DNA of 64,000 nucleotides from Amoebidium appalachense. Lineage: Eukaryota; Protista; Ichthyosporea. A program made the position numbers and the translations under genes. The stretch spans positions 3,722,231 through 3,786,230 of the forward strand of contig CAVNZM010000009.1 in NCBI GenBank assembly GCA_963693365.1. Direction: 5' to 3'. The notes beneath the pieces are model-generated. The model worked only from the letters and a program-made list of their open reading frames with translations, did no database searches and had not been told where the DNA came from. Each line of letters begins with the position of its first letter. Within the stretch, counting starts at the first letter, position 1. Positions 13,570 through 46,419 of this stretch are shown here, one piece after another.

Positions 13570-13715
13570 TTTGCGGTACGGCGGAGTATAACTAAAACTG
13601 GTAGTGTGGTTGCTATGTATAGTGCTTGTTTGACTAATGCGTCATAACTGCTTGGTGCTTCGCTCAGGTAGATGTAAGATGTGTTGATTGAGTGAACTTG
13701 ACTGAACGTAGGCCT

Positions 13716-13805
13716 ATTTATATACCTGTAAGATCTGTGCAAGGCGGGTTGTGATTGGTGCAATTTGAAATGTTCTGGTTAATGATTGGTTGTCCGCTCC
13801 CGCCC
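13716..13805 (-). promoter_or_regulatory. GC-box + two CCAAT + TATA promoter of paralogue 3
   Basis: CCCGCCC at 13799, ATTGG at 13785 and 13754, TTTATATA ending at 13724. Confidence 0.8.
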
Positions 13806-14541
13806 ACCTTATCCCCCTGACTTTGACGTTATCATCACTTGCAGGTTGCAAATTTAGCATTTTGAATTCCTACAAGGGCTCGCGAGCCAGCCTCCGGGCC
13901 TGCTTAAGCCGCACCGTTTGTGTTAATGCATATTGTATATGTTATTGTTCTCTGCAGAGAATTATAAATCTATACTCCAGGACTGTTTGCTACCAGCATG
14001 GTGCGATGGTTTTGGCTGAACGAGCTAGCACTGAGGCTCACGGCGGCGCACAGGCCCTTGTTATCGGCAGCGGACGCCAACACTCAGTTGTGTACCGATG
14101 CGATCTAGCTAGGGGGATGAACTCCAAAGTCGGACCCGTCGGACTGTGACAGCAGAGTTCGAATGGCGTGGGTACGAGTTGAACGGCTTTGTTGGCGTGG
14201 CTGGCGTGGGCGGGCATTTACGTCACTGATACATACTGCGAGAAGAGGATCTCAAAAATGATAATGACGTGTCGTCTCGACTCTCGAGCTCAATCGGATT
14301 CAAATCGTACGAACTTCTCAAAGAACCCAATCCCCGGGCCTCCCCCTTAGCGATCCCTCCCCTTCCCCTCCCTCCCTCCCCCTCCCCCCCCCCCCCCCCC
14401 CCCCCCCCTTCCCCCCGCCCTTCCCTCTTCGCCCCCCCTCCCCCCCCCTCCTTCCCCCTCGGGCCCACAGACACACACGTGTACCGTGATCATGACCACC
14501 CCCTGGGCCCCCCTCCCCCCTCCTCCCTGCCTCCCTCGCTG

Positions 14542-14572
<31 letters not shown>

Positions 14573-14853
14573 GGGGTCCCTTTTCGACCCCCTCCCCATC
14601 AGGACAAACCTCAAATGCAACCCATCAAGCGAGGCAATATCCAGACTTATGTGCGGTCAATGGTTATATCGGTCTTTAGCGGTAATAGTCGATCAACTGC
14701 GCAATCCATGCGTAGGCCAACATATTTGCCCCCCCCTCCCCCCCTCCCCCCCCCCCCCCCCCTCCCCCCCCCCCAAACACACGCACACACAATGTATACC
14801 CACACACATGTACATACATGTATACTCGGGCCCGGCCACACACACATGCATGC

Positions 14854-14892
<39 letters not shown>

Positions 14893-14946
14893 TTAAGCCT
14901 CCCCCCGGGGCCTCCCTCCTCCCCCCAAAACACACTGGCACACATA

Positions 14947-15161
14947 CAGGGGTGGGCTAAAGTTAAGATTCTCCGAATATAAGATTCTAGCGCTAGACTT
15001 TTTGGAAAATATAAGATTCTAGCTAAAAAAGCCCCCACAACATATTTATGAAAATTAAGATTCTTTCCCTTTGTCCCTGCGGGCTAGGGAGGTCGGGGAC
15101 TAAGATTATAGCTGGATAGGGCCGAAATCCACGTAATCTTATTATATTCGGCCTACCCCTG
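14947..15161. mobile_element. 215-bp MITE with TA target-site duplication (Tc1/mariner-like signature)
   Basis: TA|CAGGGGTGGGC ... GCCTACCCCTG|TA. The interior carries repeated TAAGATT(C/A)T motifs. Confidence 0.75.
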
Positions 15162-15256
15162 TAATGAATGTACGGCCAACATCCATATGTACACTGATAA
15201 GCCCCTCCTTTTTCCCCGCCACACAATGCACGTGCATCCCCTTTCCCCCCTCCCCT

Positions 15257-15288
<32 letters not shown>

Positions 15289-16943
15289 CTGTGCCCCCCT
15301 CCCCCCTAGCCCCTCCCCCCCCCCCCCCCCCTCCCCCGCGGGGGGGTGTGCAAACATACATTCGTACACGCACATGTACAGTACGTCACATACAAACGTC
15401 CTCATCGGGCACAGTCACAGTCAGCTGCCTCCTTCCCGGCCGGGGGTGGCTGGGGAAATGGGGGGGAAGGGGCGGTTAGGGGGAAAGGGGGGAGGGGGGG
15501 GGGGGGGAGGGGAGGGAGGGGGGAGTATGGGGAGAAGGGTAGGAGGGAGTATCGGGTAACCGAGTTTTTTTTTGGGAGCAGCTGGCAGGCGCTGCAGCAA
15601 TATTAACCACTTTGGGTTCCTCCCTTAGGCTATGATCCGAATTCGGCGGAAGAACGACAGCAATTATTATATTCAAAACGACAAGGGTTGTTGGTTATGA
15701 ACTAAGCGTGTGGGGACAAAGGGGGTTGGTTCGGAAACCGTCGAGGGGGAGGCTCCGGGAGGGGGGAGCGGGGGAAGGGGGGGAGGGGGGTGGGGGGGGG
15801 GGGGGGGGGGGGGGGGGGGAGGGGGGAGGGGGGGGCAGGAGTGGGTTGGGAGGGTAGAGATTGGGGCCCAGGGGGTGGGAGGGAGGGAGGGAGGCTGTGA
15901 AATTAGGGGCTTACCTGTTGAGGTTAGGTCCGCCAACACTAGTGGCTTCAATACAGCCAAAACTACAAAAAAATACACTTTAAAACGGTTGGTGGACATA
16001 TCCAGGCAGGAAGAAGTTGAAAACTGACATTCACCAAGAACGAAGTTCACGCCAGGCTGGGGGGGGGAGGGGGGAGGGGGGGGGGGGAGGGGGTGTAGAA
16101 GCCTGAGTTAGACATTGGTCACTCAATCAAAATTGGTTCGAATATGAGGAAGCCGTGCGTACAATAATGTAGGGGGGGTCAACTCGACTTAGTGTAAAGA
16201 ACAGCCTGTTGTGTGCGTGTTTGGAGAGGGTGAGGGTAGGTGGGGGTATGTGCGCGTGTGTGTGTGTGTGTGTTTTTTTTGGGGGGGGGGGGGGGGGGGG
16301 GGGAGGGGGGGGAGGGGGGGGGGGGGGGGGGGGGGGGGGGATGGGAGTGGGAGAGAGGGGGGGGGGGGAGGGGGGGGGGGGGGGGGGACATAATACGTAG
16401 AACATCGAGAAGCGGCGGAAAGGGCGGCCAATACTAATTGACATTAAACTAATAGTTTTGTCTGGGTTGGGCACACAAGTCTGTCGTTTGGGGCTAGCAA
16501 TTTCGAAAGGAAGTGCAGGCGGATAGGCGGCCGTGGAGTGTGTATGCAGGAGTATCAATCTTGAACTAAAATACAATATCGTGAACTGCAACTACCCCCT
16601 CCCCCTTGGCAACCCAGGGGGGGGGGGGGGGGGGGGGGGGGGGACGTTACCCCGTTACCCCCTCCCCGGCGGCCTCCCCCCCCCCACCCCCCCACTCCAT
16701 CCCCACCCATTCATGTAACAACCCACAGTCACCCAAAAGAAAAGACCCCCCCCCCCCCCCCCCAAAAAAAAAAAAAAAAAAAAAAAAACAAAACAAAAAA
16801 AAACCTTAAGAAGGAATAAAAAACAAAGAAGAGAAGTGCCTTCTCCGATCCGTGCCTAGCCCCTAACCTCTAATCATAGCCCAGCAATTTTCGAAGCAAT
16901 TAACTTACTGTTGCTCTAGAGGGGAAGCCTTGTACTTAACTCA

Positions 16944-17030
<87 letters not shown>

Positions 17031-18002
17031 AGAGGGTGCATGGGCATGTTCTTTTGTGCAAGCTTAGGAAGAGTGGATTCGTCAGTGTGTGGCTGTATTT
17101 GCGTGTGTGTCAAGGCCCTAGTGTTTTTGTGTCGATGTTCCTGCTCACAGTTTGTACAAATGGTATATGTGTGTGTGCATGTGTGTGTGTACCTGCACGT
17201 TCGTGCATGTTCGTGTGCAGCGCACACGCGCACACGTGCGCGTGTGCGTGTGCGTGTGCGTGTGCGTGTGCGTGTGTGTGCTCCTGCTTGTATGGTTATT
17301 AATTAAATAGATGGCTGCATCACGGTCGAGTATATACAAATTATGTCTGCGTGTATATGGGTAAGGCTTGGCCTTTGCCACACGCTATGAAAGTGTGTGT
17401 GCCTTCATTGTGTATATGAGCGTCTTTTTCTCTGTTTGTGTATTTACCGATATTGGTGAAGTATTTGTGTATGGCCCGGTAACATGCATTTAGTATCAGT
17501 TGTACACAAAGGAACATGCCGGTATAGTCAGAGCAGTATGCAACGCTATGTGAAAGTTATTAGCTGCAGTATTAGGTCCATTTATATGAAAGAGAGTGTA
17601 TGATGCCGTTTTAGAGAGCTTGCATCAGATGTACGTTGCAAATGGGATGTTTGAACAATTTTTTATTCCCGGTTCGATATCTGACCGGTTATCCTGATAA
17701 TTGCACAGGCAATGTCGGAGTACACTGGTTGGTACTGCTAGACTACATAGAGAGAAGAATACATCAGGCGAACTCTACTGCTTTGGTTCAGAGTACTAGA
17801 TTAAACTAGGGAAATACGGTTGCAGCTAACCACAAAAACGATTTTCAGAGTACTAGATTAGACTAGGGAAATACGGTTGCAGCTAACCACAAAAACGATA
17901 TCGATGTGTAACCAAAACAGGAGCCTCGGCTGGTATGCCTCGTTAGAGCTGAAAAAAATAGGAAAGACTTAGAATCAAAACTTTGTGCTCGGGTCTGGCT
18001 GT

Positions 18003-18916
18003 TCATGCAAGCGCCTCCTGTGTCTCCGTCAGTGTCGCAGCCGCTGCCCGGCGCTTGTAGACGTATGCGGCAGCCGCGGCAGCAAGCAGACCCGCACCCA
18101 CACTGGCACCCACGGCCGCACCGACATACACCCCACTGGGCGAGGCCGTGGTCGTGCCCTGGGCAGCGGCCGATGGCGCGGCAGTGCCGGCGGACGGGGA
18201 GGCCACAGGATCCACCTCTTCCGGCTTGGCGGAATAGTGGGCCGATGGCTCGGGTGTGGGGGGAACGGTGGTGGTGGTGGGTGGCACAGTGGTGGTGGAC
18301 GGAGGGGGGAGGGACGGTGGTGGTGGGGGGAGGGGGAGGGACGGTGGTGGTGGGGGGAGGGGGGAGTAACGGTGGTGGTGGGTGCGAGGTAGCACTCGGG
18401 GCCAACGAGGGACGTGATGGAGAAGCGGCTGCCGTCGGTGGCAAAGAACTCTGTGTTGGGGGTCTGGGAGAGGTTGAGCTTGCGCTTCATGGTAACGCAG
18501 TACTGGCCACTGCTGCCGATGGCGGGCAGGGAGTTTGTCCACAGGTTGCCGTTGAACTGCACCTCGCCGTCCATCGTCTCCTCGGCATAGCCCTCGTCGC
18601 CGGGCACGGGGTCCCACGTGCCCTCGTCAGCGCGCAGGCCGGCGTTTTCGTTTGTGAAGCAGCTGAGGAAGCGCGCACCAAACTTGGTCAGGGCCTGTGC
18701 CTGGCCCCCGGCCGCGGCACACTCGCCGGTGGCGGTGGGCTGCTTGTAGGCGATGGAGTAGCACATTTTTGTGGTGACGGTTGCCGGGTCGTAGACGTAG
18801 CTGCCGGGGATGAACTGGATGTCCCACTCGGCCTTGCCGCTGCAGTCGAGTGCTGCACTCACGGCCTGGGCCGCAAGCGCGGCGGCAACAAGGCTGGACA
18901 CGGTGAGGGGTGACAT
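18003..18916 (-). CDS. Single-pass surface protein, paralogue 4 (3 stalk repeats; homopolymer frameshifts in the stalk)
   Basis: The N-terminus lies in ORF 18029..18916; the TM and tail TETQEALA* lie in ORF 18003..18617. Confidence 0.87.
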
Positions 18917-19056
18917 TTTTAGTTAACAGGCACAGAAACTGGAGAAGAGAGACGATATGTTGAAATGTGTATGCACGCCGTTTGTTGGTGGCGAGATGTC
19001 GCGAATGGAGCTGGGAGCCGAACGATGTATATGGACAGACTGGCAACTGAGACGAG

Positions 19057-19147
19057 TTAATGTACTCAGGCAGCCGTAAGCTTCTAACGTTTTAATTGGC
19101 TAGCTGCTGAAGAAAAGTAGTAAATGATTGGTTTACAGCTCCCGCCC
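19057..19147 (-). promoter_or_regulatory. GC-box + two CCAAT promoter of paralogue 4 (TATA degenerate)
   Basis: CCCGCCC at 19141, ATTGG at 19127 and 19095; TTAATGTA occupies the TATA position. Confidence 0.75.
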
Positions 19148-20971
19148 ATCCGCTGGCCACCCTAGGTTAGGTCTTGGGGCTTGTAATTTTGGAAAAGTGA
19201 TCACTGCTAAATTTTAATGTAGAATGTGGATTCAGGGAGAGTCCTAATAATTTTATAATAGATTACCAAAATGTTTTGGCAATAAAAAAGATGACCCGGA
19301 GAAAAAATGAAATCAACACAGAAAAGATTGGCGTAACAATGTTGCTGTCGGACACTCTATGAGTCAGCAGCCCCAGACACGTTTTTTATATTTTTCTTAA
19401 ATACGTTTTTTGGACTCGAGTAGTCATGGATCCCCCTGCAGCCCAAGCCTACTCTCCGAGGCTCGGGCGCCAGCCTGTAACCCGCTTGAGTGCAAACATA
19501 AATGGTCAATACTATCATAATCTAATTAATTTATTTATGCAGCTAAAAGCAGCTTTCATTTATAAGAGCCTGGCAACTCATACGTGTAGCTCGCCATGGC
19601 GACCCCGCCGCCAACCATGCTCGCACAGCTGCAGCTGGCAGCTGGCTCAGCCCGGCTGATGCACAGCGAGTTCTCTGGGGGGAATGTCCCAGTCTGAAGA
19701 TGGGCTGGCTGGAGGGTGGCGTGGGTATGCTGTGGGCGCCTCAAAATGTGCCACTTTTGGCAGAACACCAGCGTGGCTGGGGTGGGCTAGCCACTGCCAG
19801 CCAAGTTCACAGCCACCGGTTGACCCTGTTGTGGATTTTTTACGCAAGCCAAGCTAATATACATAGAGGGCCGTGGTACTTATACATACGCCTGGAGCCA
19901 GTACACCTCGAGCCTGTCCGCAAGCGTGTTCGAACGCTCGATGCAATCTTCCACCAATGACAAGGCGATGATTGTAGAACAGCACTAACCATATAATACA
20001 ACATGCACTAGAACAACAAAGCCACGCATACATCACCAAGATAAGCAGCAGTCGTGCGTGTACACGTGTATCTTCCAGTACAATGAAATTTTTGTGCCCT
20101 TTCCGTGAAAACACATCCATGAGGTACTGTAATTATAAAATGTCATGGTCAATAAAGGTGCAATAATCAAAATCCCCCCATGAATTTCTTAGCATGCCAC
20201 TTGCAAAAAAATAGTTCTTATCCTGTTGCCATCATGATAGTGCACATCAGTTCAATTTGGAAGGCCGTACACATGTACAAGTCGGCACGGTGGTAATTCA
20301 CTATTGATCATGCGCAGTTGAAGACTTTAGTATGTTCTGGGTGGGGATAATGTGTCTCTCCCTTCACCACAGGCAAAAGCACTTAAGCAGTCTCAGCACA
20401 CAGTGCCGAGGGTAGAAGTATTTCCAATTATATGAGATAAGAACGTCGAAAAAATAACGCACACTAATATTATCAGATCCCCCCCCCCCCCCCCCCCCCC
20501 CCCCAACACACACACACACACACACACACACAGAGAGAGAGGGACAGACGCCAACACCTATATTCACTCTCCCACGCACGCTAACACACACACACCACCA
20601 ACACCAAAACCACAAGCAAGAACAACTAGACACACACGCACACATTCCCCTGATCGCACGAAATAAAACAGGGATTAAAAGGTAAAGGAGACCTCTAACT
20701 CCCCCCCCCCCCCCCCCCTCCCCTCCCCCCCCCCCCCCCCCTCCCCTCCCCCAACCCCCCTCCACCACCACTACCTTCCCTACCTCCACCAGCCCCACCC
20801 CACCCAACCAACACCACCACCACCACCTACCCTTTCCCCCCCCCCCCCCCCCCCCCCCCCCTTCCACACCCCTTCCCCTCCTCCCCCTCATTCACCTTTC
20901 CACCTTATCAATCTCCTAATCTCCTATGATTATATGATTGAAGAAGCCCCAAAACCCTGGGGCACCACACA

Positions 20972-32020
<11,049 letters not shown>

Positions 32021-33172
32021 GCGCCTTCAAAGGAAAGAAAAAATAGCTATAAAAAAAAACAAAAGAAAGAAAGAAAAAAAAAAGTTGGATCTTGGAAGGA
32101 TGAGGCAGGCAGCCCTATGGGGATGAAAAGCTTGAAATACGGAGAGAGGGAGAGGTAGGGATAGGGCGAGGTAGAGAAGGAATGGAATTGAGCAAAGAAA
32201 CTGTTTACAAACACTACATGCGATCTTCAACGCCGAGCTTTTTGGATGATCTGATCAACCTGGGAACACATTTCTTCAGCATAACCAGGTCCAGAAAGTT
32301 GACGTCTGCAAAACGCCCACCACGCAAAAGCTAAACTACAACGGAAAGGCCTAAAGTAGCATGGGTAGAGGCGTGAAACTACTACACCACAACTCACTAA
32401 AGATGACAATTCTCTTTCCATCTCTTTACTAAGTCTATAAGTTGATCCCTCCTCTGGCCACTCTTGCTGCGTCATCGGTTCAACTGAAGCACGCGTGATA
32501 TCTAGCCAATAAAAGAGCACAAATAAATAATTTGGCGGGAAAGATTGTGATATGATACCCTGCACACGCACACGTGTGCGTGCCAGGAAAAGCTTTCCAA
32601 TTGCAAGGGAAAAAACAAGGTCTCAAGCGGCGTGCTAGTTGGTAGTTTGTTGAAGGAGAAAGACGAAGAGAGAGGCGCACATTTTGGGCACAATTAGGAA
32701 ACGTGAAATAGTTTTGAAAGAAGGCATCTTGAAGGTCTGAAACTGAAAATCGTCAGATAATTTACATGACAAGGGGACAGGAGGAAAGCCTTCGTGTTGG
32801 TTTTCTTTTTAAGACTCGATATTATTTCGTGCTGTTTTTGTTGCTCAACGTTACCGAAATATGAAGTTTGGTGACAAAATTAAGCGAAATAAGTAAGTGG
32901 CAATTGTCGGCCCGAGCCCAATTTTCACATCCCTCAAGCAGTTTGCTTTAAGAATCTGAAGCCCTGTTTTTTCGTGCCGCGTGACAATCACGGTTCATAC
33001 GCAGTGCATCACAACATTCAAAAATCAACAGGTAGGTTTTCTTTCAATTCTTTTGGCACTATGCGGATTTTTCACGTGTGTGTGTGTCCTGTGTGCAATA
33101 TGATTCGCATACGCTAAAACGCTAAAGAATACTTCGCTCGTGGTATAGCCTTCTATGGGTAGTCGCTACCCG

Positions 33173-33270
<98 letters not shown>

Positions 33271-33930
33271 GACACACACAGACACATCTACGCAACTCTG
33301 AGCTGGTCCTACACGCACACGAAGGACCGAGGCGAGGTCATAAGATGTAAAACATTGATTTGCTTTGCAGGCTCAAGCTTAACGTTTAATAACAAGATCA
33401 CTAGACAACGCACACTTGCAGATTAAGAAGAGGGCAGTTGGCATACCCATGCACAAGCACACTGGAAGGCAAGCACACACAAAAAAACTCGTGTATAGCA
33501 CACTTGCACGCATACCCACACACGCATCCATACACACATGCACGGCAGCGACAAAGAAAGGGGGTGTCGAGAAAGTCAGCCACAGATGACTGACGAGACA
33601 CGCGTGAAGGCACACACACACGCGCGCGCGCGCATGCGAGCGGTGATGCGTACGAACACACGTGCACTTGCACTCGAGAACACAGTCGAATGCCCATATG
33701 CGCTCATATGCTTATACACTTTATTGGACACAGTTTCACTCAATTGCACACGTGCACAAAAGCACGCACGCACGCACACACACACACACATACGCACACA
33801 CACACTTGCGCACGCACTCACGTGCTTCTACACTCACGCACGCAGGCGCGCGCGCGCACACACACACACATACGCACGCACACACTTGCGCACGCACTCA
33901 CGTGCTTCTACACTCACGCACGCAGGCGCG

Positions 33931-33984
<54 letters not shown>

Positions 33985-34519
33985 AACAAGCAAACAAGCC
34001 TCTTTCCGTTTGGTGTCATATGCCTTTTCAACATTCAACCCCTTCTCCGTCATGCCCTTGGGAACAAAGAAAAGAGATGAGGGAGGAGGTGGGGGGGGGG
34101 GGGGGGGGGGGGGGGATGAAAGAAAGAAAGAAGCAGATCAAGAAATATGGAAAAAACCAAAAAAAAAGGCGAGAGAAAAAATATACGTGAAAGAAAGAAT
34201 GAAGAAAGAAGACGGAAAATTTTTGCCTAAAATGTAAGTAACAACTTTGCAACCAATGACCATCACCGGCATCCACACGCACCCACAACAACCAAAAAAG
34301 AGAAGAAAAACAAAATGAAGGAGAACGATAACTGAAAGAAGAAAACTTGAAAGACATGAAATAACAACCCCGTAACCAATCGTCACCACACACACACACA
34401 CACACACACTTCACCAATGCTCCTCCTCCTCCCCCCTTCCCCCCTCCCCCCCCCCCCCTTCCCCCCCCCTTCCCCCCCCCCCCCCGGCCAAACCTTACCC
34501 ACCCCCATACCCCCCCCCC

Positions 34520-34550
<31 letters not shown>

Positions 34551-34561
34551 ACACAGGCACT

Positions 34562-40338
<5,777 letters not shown>

Positions 40339-41034
40339 ATAGATAACTATTAGAAGGAAAAAAAGGGGGGGGGGGGGGGGGAGGGGGGAGGGGAGGCAGG
40401 ATGCACATGGTTCTCAGGACAATAGTCCCCTTGCAACTGATTGGACAAAACACTACCCGAGAACGTAAAATCAGGAGGGTGTTAGGGGGTGTGGGAGTGG
40501 TGGGGGGAGGGGGGAGGGGAAATAAATGATCGAAGAAGTCGGTGCACTTGGCATGTCGTCGAGGACAAGACCCTTGATCGGCCTTTTCTTTGTTAACAAA
40601 GTTTTACTTCTTTCTCTCAAAGTTTGCTCGGTCACCTTTTTTTAAAAGAAATTCTCCTTCAGTCACTCTATTCTTGACCTATCCCCCCCATTCCCCGGGG
40701 GGGGGGGGGGGGGGGGGGGGGATTTCATATAAATAATTCCTACTTTTTAGTTGTTTGCATGGTGTTCGTTTGCTGAGTCGTTAATGTCAAGTTGTTGACG
40801 TTCAATGAGTGGAAGTTCCGATCATATTATGTAGTATTGTTCATAGCTACTACTAAGGCCTCACTGTTGAAATCGGACTAATCATTGGATCGTCTTTGTA
40901 TGATATTAATATTAATTAAATATTGCTTTAGGTCCGGTGTGTGGGTGTGTGTGTGTCCGTGTGTCACGCAGTCCTAATATGTGTGTGTGTGTGTGCGCGC
41001 GCGCGTGCGCGTGAACGTGGGCGTGTCTTTGACA

Positions 41035-41073
<39 letters not shown>

Positions 41074-41092
41074 CGTGTGACACTGTGTCACG

Positions 41093-41124
<32 letters not shown>

Positions 41125-41766
41125 ATACGTGGGTCACCGTGATGTGTGTGGGTCTACGTGACACAATGTGTACGTACAGTGTCACTGGTGACGTGTCTAG
41201 ATCTGTGTATGTATGTTACATGTACACGTGTGTGTGCCAGCTGCATGCAGTGTGTCACACGGTCACTGTGTTTCACTTAAACACGTGCGCCACGCGTACG
41301 GTACCACACGATGTGACCGTGACAACATGATATCGGACCGTCAGAGATGATACGGTCACGACACCGTGACAGCCACGCACACGCGCAAACACATGTGTAA
41401 AGTGTCACATACTATTGACGGTCAGATCATGATCATGCATGACACGACGTGTGCCAGCGTACGTGTACATGTGGGAGAGGGCTTGCCAACTAGTTGCCAT
41501 ATGCATGCGCGTGGCAGGCTGCCCTGTGCAGCCACGCCGTGTGCCAACGTGCACGTGGTCACGGCATGGCCATGGACGCGGTACGCCCAATAATGGGCAC
41601 TTGGGATGCATGGCTACGTAGCTGTACCGTACATGTACAGAGGTAATGCCCGATCAGCGGCCCCTTGTCGGACGTCCGATCTTAGTCTCCAAGGATATGG
41701 TACCCACTGGCTTACGTAAGTGGCCGGGCACTACTAGCCTACGCCACACGGGCGCGCCTGCGGTAA

Positions 41767-41800
<34 letters not shown>

Positions 41801-42316
41801 CGCAGGGGGCAGCACTCAGCTGCGTGCTCATGACTACAGACTGACTGTAGTAGTTGACCGTCGGCGATCTGCATGCCAACTCAGATGTGTGACGTCACGT
41901 CCGGAGATCGGCATCTGACATCTAAGCTCAGCTGATCTGGGCCCGACCCCCCACTTCCCTACACCACACGCAAACGCAGGCACACACATGTACATGTACA
42001 CAAACGCACTGGTGTATGTACATGTATACGTACCGCATGCAAATTGCGGCCATGCATATGCATTTAAATTTTGCATCAACTCGCGCGGCCCGGCTGCGAC
42101 ACTTATACGAATGCGCTTGCGAGTCGATCGTGACACAAGTGACACATTTACGGAATTCGAGACGTCATCATCACCGTTGAAAGAAAGAACCATCCCATGC
42201 TCCAAGAAAGAAAAAAGATCGTGGACCGGATCCGTGGTACAGTGCACAGCGCTGCAGCTGCCAGAGTCAACTCATTATGCCAGGGCTTCAAATTCGACGC
42301 GTATGCTCACGGCGAT

Positions 42317-44205
<1,889 letters not shown>

Positions 44206-46204
44206 ACGGCGATGTAGAAACCTTTCGGGGCCGTCCCAGCATTCTACACCATCAGTGTCACCAGTTAAAGTTTATCATGGACCCCGCTGATTGGCCAAGA
44301 GACATCACATCTGCGTTCCATTGGCCTTTTACATTGTGGAATGCAATAAATTTGGCCTTCGGTCGAATTCTTTCATATCTTTTGATCCAATATGGGATAG
44401 ATTTTATAAACGTCTCCGTCACCATCAAGCTTTGAATTTTTCTTGTTGATAGCACAATATGATTTACTAGTTTTACTGTTTTTATGCAAATACTATGGTA
44501 GCTGCTTCCCGTGTGTGGTTTCCTGTGTGACGTAGATGCATGGCTTCAAATATATGTGATGGTATTTTTTGTGACATCCGTCGGCTCCAAAATCAGCACG
44601 CATACACGGGAACCAGCTACGTTACGGGAATGCTCCCAAGTACAAAATAACATTCCTATATGCCCTCCTCTTGATAGCTTTATTTAGCCAATCAGCGAGC
44701 TATTGTGGTATCCAAGTTCTTCAGATCTATCCCATATTCTATTCAAGCGGGCTAATATTTAATTCCACATTTCGACATTTCGCGTACGCCTATTTTTGTA
44801 GCTTATTATAGCGTTTATTTGTACAATAGGCCCAAGTAAAACACAATTGTTTACATATATAAAACTATTCTTTCTCTGTATTTTATTATGAAAAAACATT
44901 CCAACTTCTCTACTGAATGCTGCTAATGGTTCTGAGGCCCTTTTCAATATATCAACACAAGAGATACTTAATAGATAGTTTCAACATCATGAAAACTATT
45001 CACCATCGCTCATTCATGTCGGCAGCGGGTGGGTTCGGGTAGAACAAGCAGAGTGCACGTGATCGCTGGGCTTGCGGTGGAAACACGACTTGACTGTATT
45101 AAAATTCAGAATATAATTCCGAAGGGTACAAATAATCGAAACTTACGTGCGTTTCATTATGCCATTTTTATCACCTACAAAAAATTGCTGTTCTAGTCGT
45201 GCATCTCTTGGTTCAAATCAGTGAAGGTGTCAAAGGTTCTTGTGATTGGGCTTCGCTTTATCCTACGGTAACGATCCCATCCCCCCTGGCCACCCATCCG
45301 TAATTCATTTGGCCACTTTTTTTGAAATAGGATGTGTCCGCCGCTGAAACTGCCAGTTTCTTCATCATGCATGGCTTGTCTGCTGGTTGCCGTAACAGGC
45401 TGACAAATAGTATTGGGCTCAAACAGTAATCGAGAAATTAATATTTCTTGATGGTTGAGCATTCGAAAAGCAGCAATATATACAAATCCGTCGCGGTGAG
45501 CTCTGCCAATCCTACACATTTAAATATTTGTGTTTCACTTTTTTGTAGCCAGGGCTTACAATAATAAATACAACGTATGTGTTAGCCACACCGTAATTGT
45601 CTCAGTGAAGAACGCGCACACTATTCTAGCAAAAAAAAAAAAAAGTAAACCTGCTCCAGTGTAAGCTTTAAAAAAAAAATGAATAGTAAGTTTACGTTTT
45701 GTGTAATCCTTTTTGATTGCTTTCGGAATGCAAGCCTCTGGTCAACCCAGATCGAATTCAAACCATGAGCGTGATGGCATGTTTGCACTTACAAAGATTC
45801 TTCACATGGTGGTTCTTATATAGGCTTACATTGTTTAAACTGTAAAAAAATTCATCAATTTGGCGTAAAAACGAACAAAATGTAAGCCCTTCAGTTTCTT
45901 ATTCTCATATCTCTGAATTGCTTTCGCATGCACACCGGTTTCTTAGGTTAGATGATCTGATGCAAGTGGCGCCATAGGCCGTTATGGGAAGATAAAAAGA
46001 TAATTTAGTTAATACGATTGGTCCTAGGTCATAAATGCGTTAAACATGTAAATTATTTTAGCCTTCCCCCTAGAGCTACAAACAATGTCACCGCACACTT
46101 GTGCACGGTTTGTTCCTTGTGCTCGGTCGCATAATAATCGCTCTCGGGATAGTAATGATGTCACTCTGTTCTTGCCTCGAGTTAGTTTTATACAGTGTAC
46201 GTTC

Positions 46205-46280
46205 TTGAAGCAAGGAAACTAGTGTGATTATTTAGAGCAAGGAAACTAAAGTGATTATTTGAAGCAAGGAAACTAAAGTA
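46205..46280. repeat. 27-bp tandem repeat (~2.7 copies) upstream of the zinc-finger gene
   Basis: AGCAAGGAAACTA starts at 46209, 46236 and 46263. Confidence 0.85.
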
Positions 46281-46419
46281 AACATCGAGTCGGTTCATTA
46301 CTTCAGAGGTCAAAACGATATAACCTTCAGTGGATATACAGTCTCTGGTTTAGGCTCCAGTCCCAACGCCCGTTTTCTTACGTAGACTGTAAGCTAGTCA
46401 GAACATCGTTTAGTTAGAA

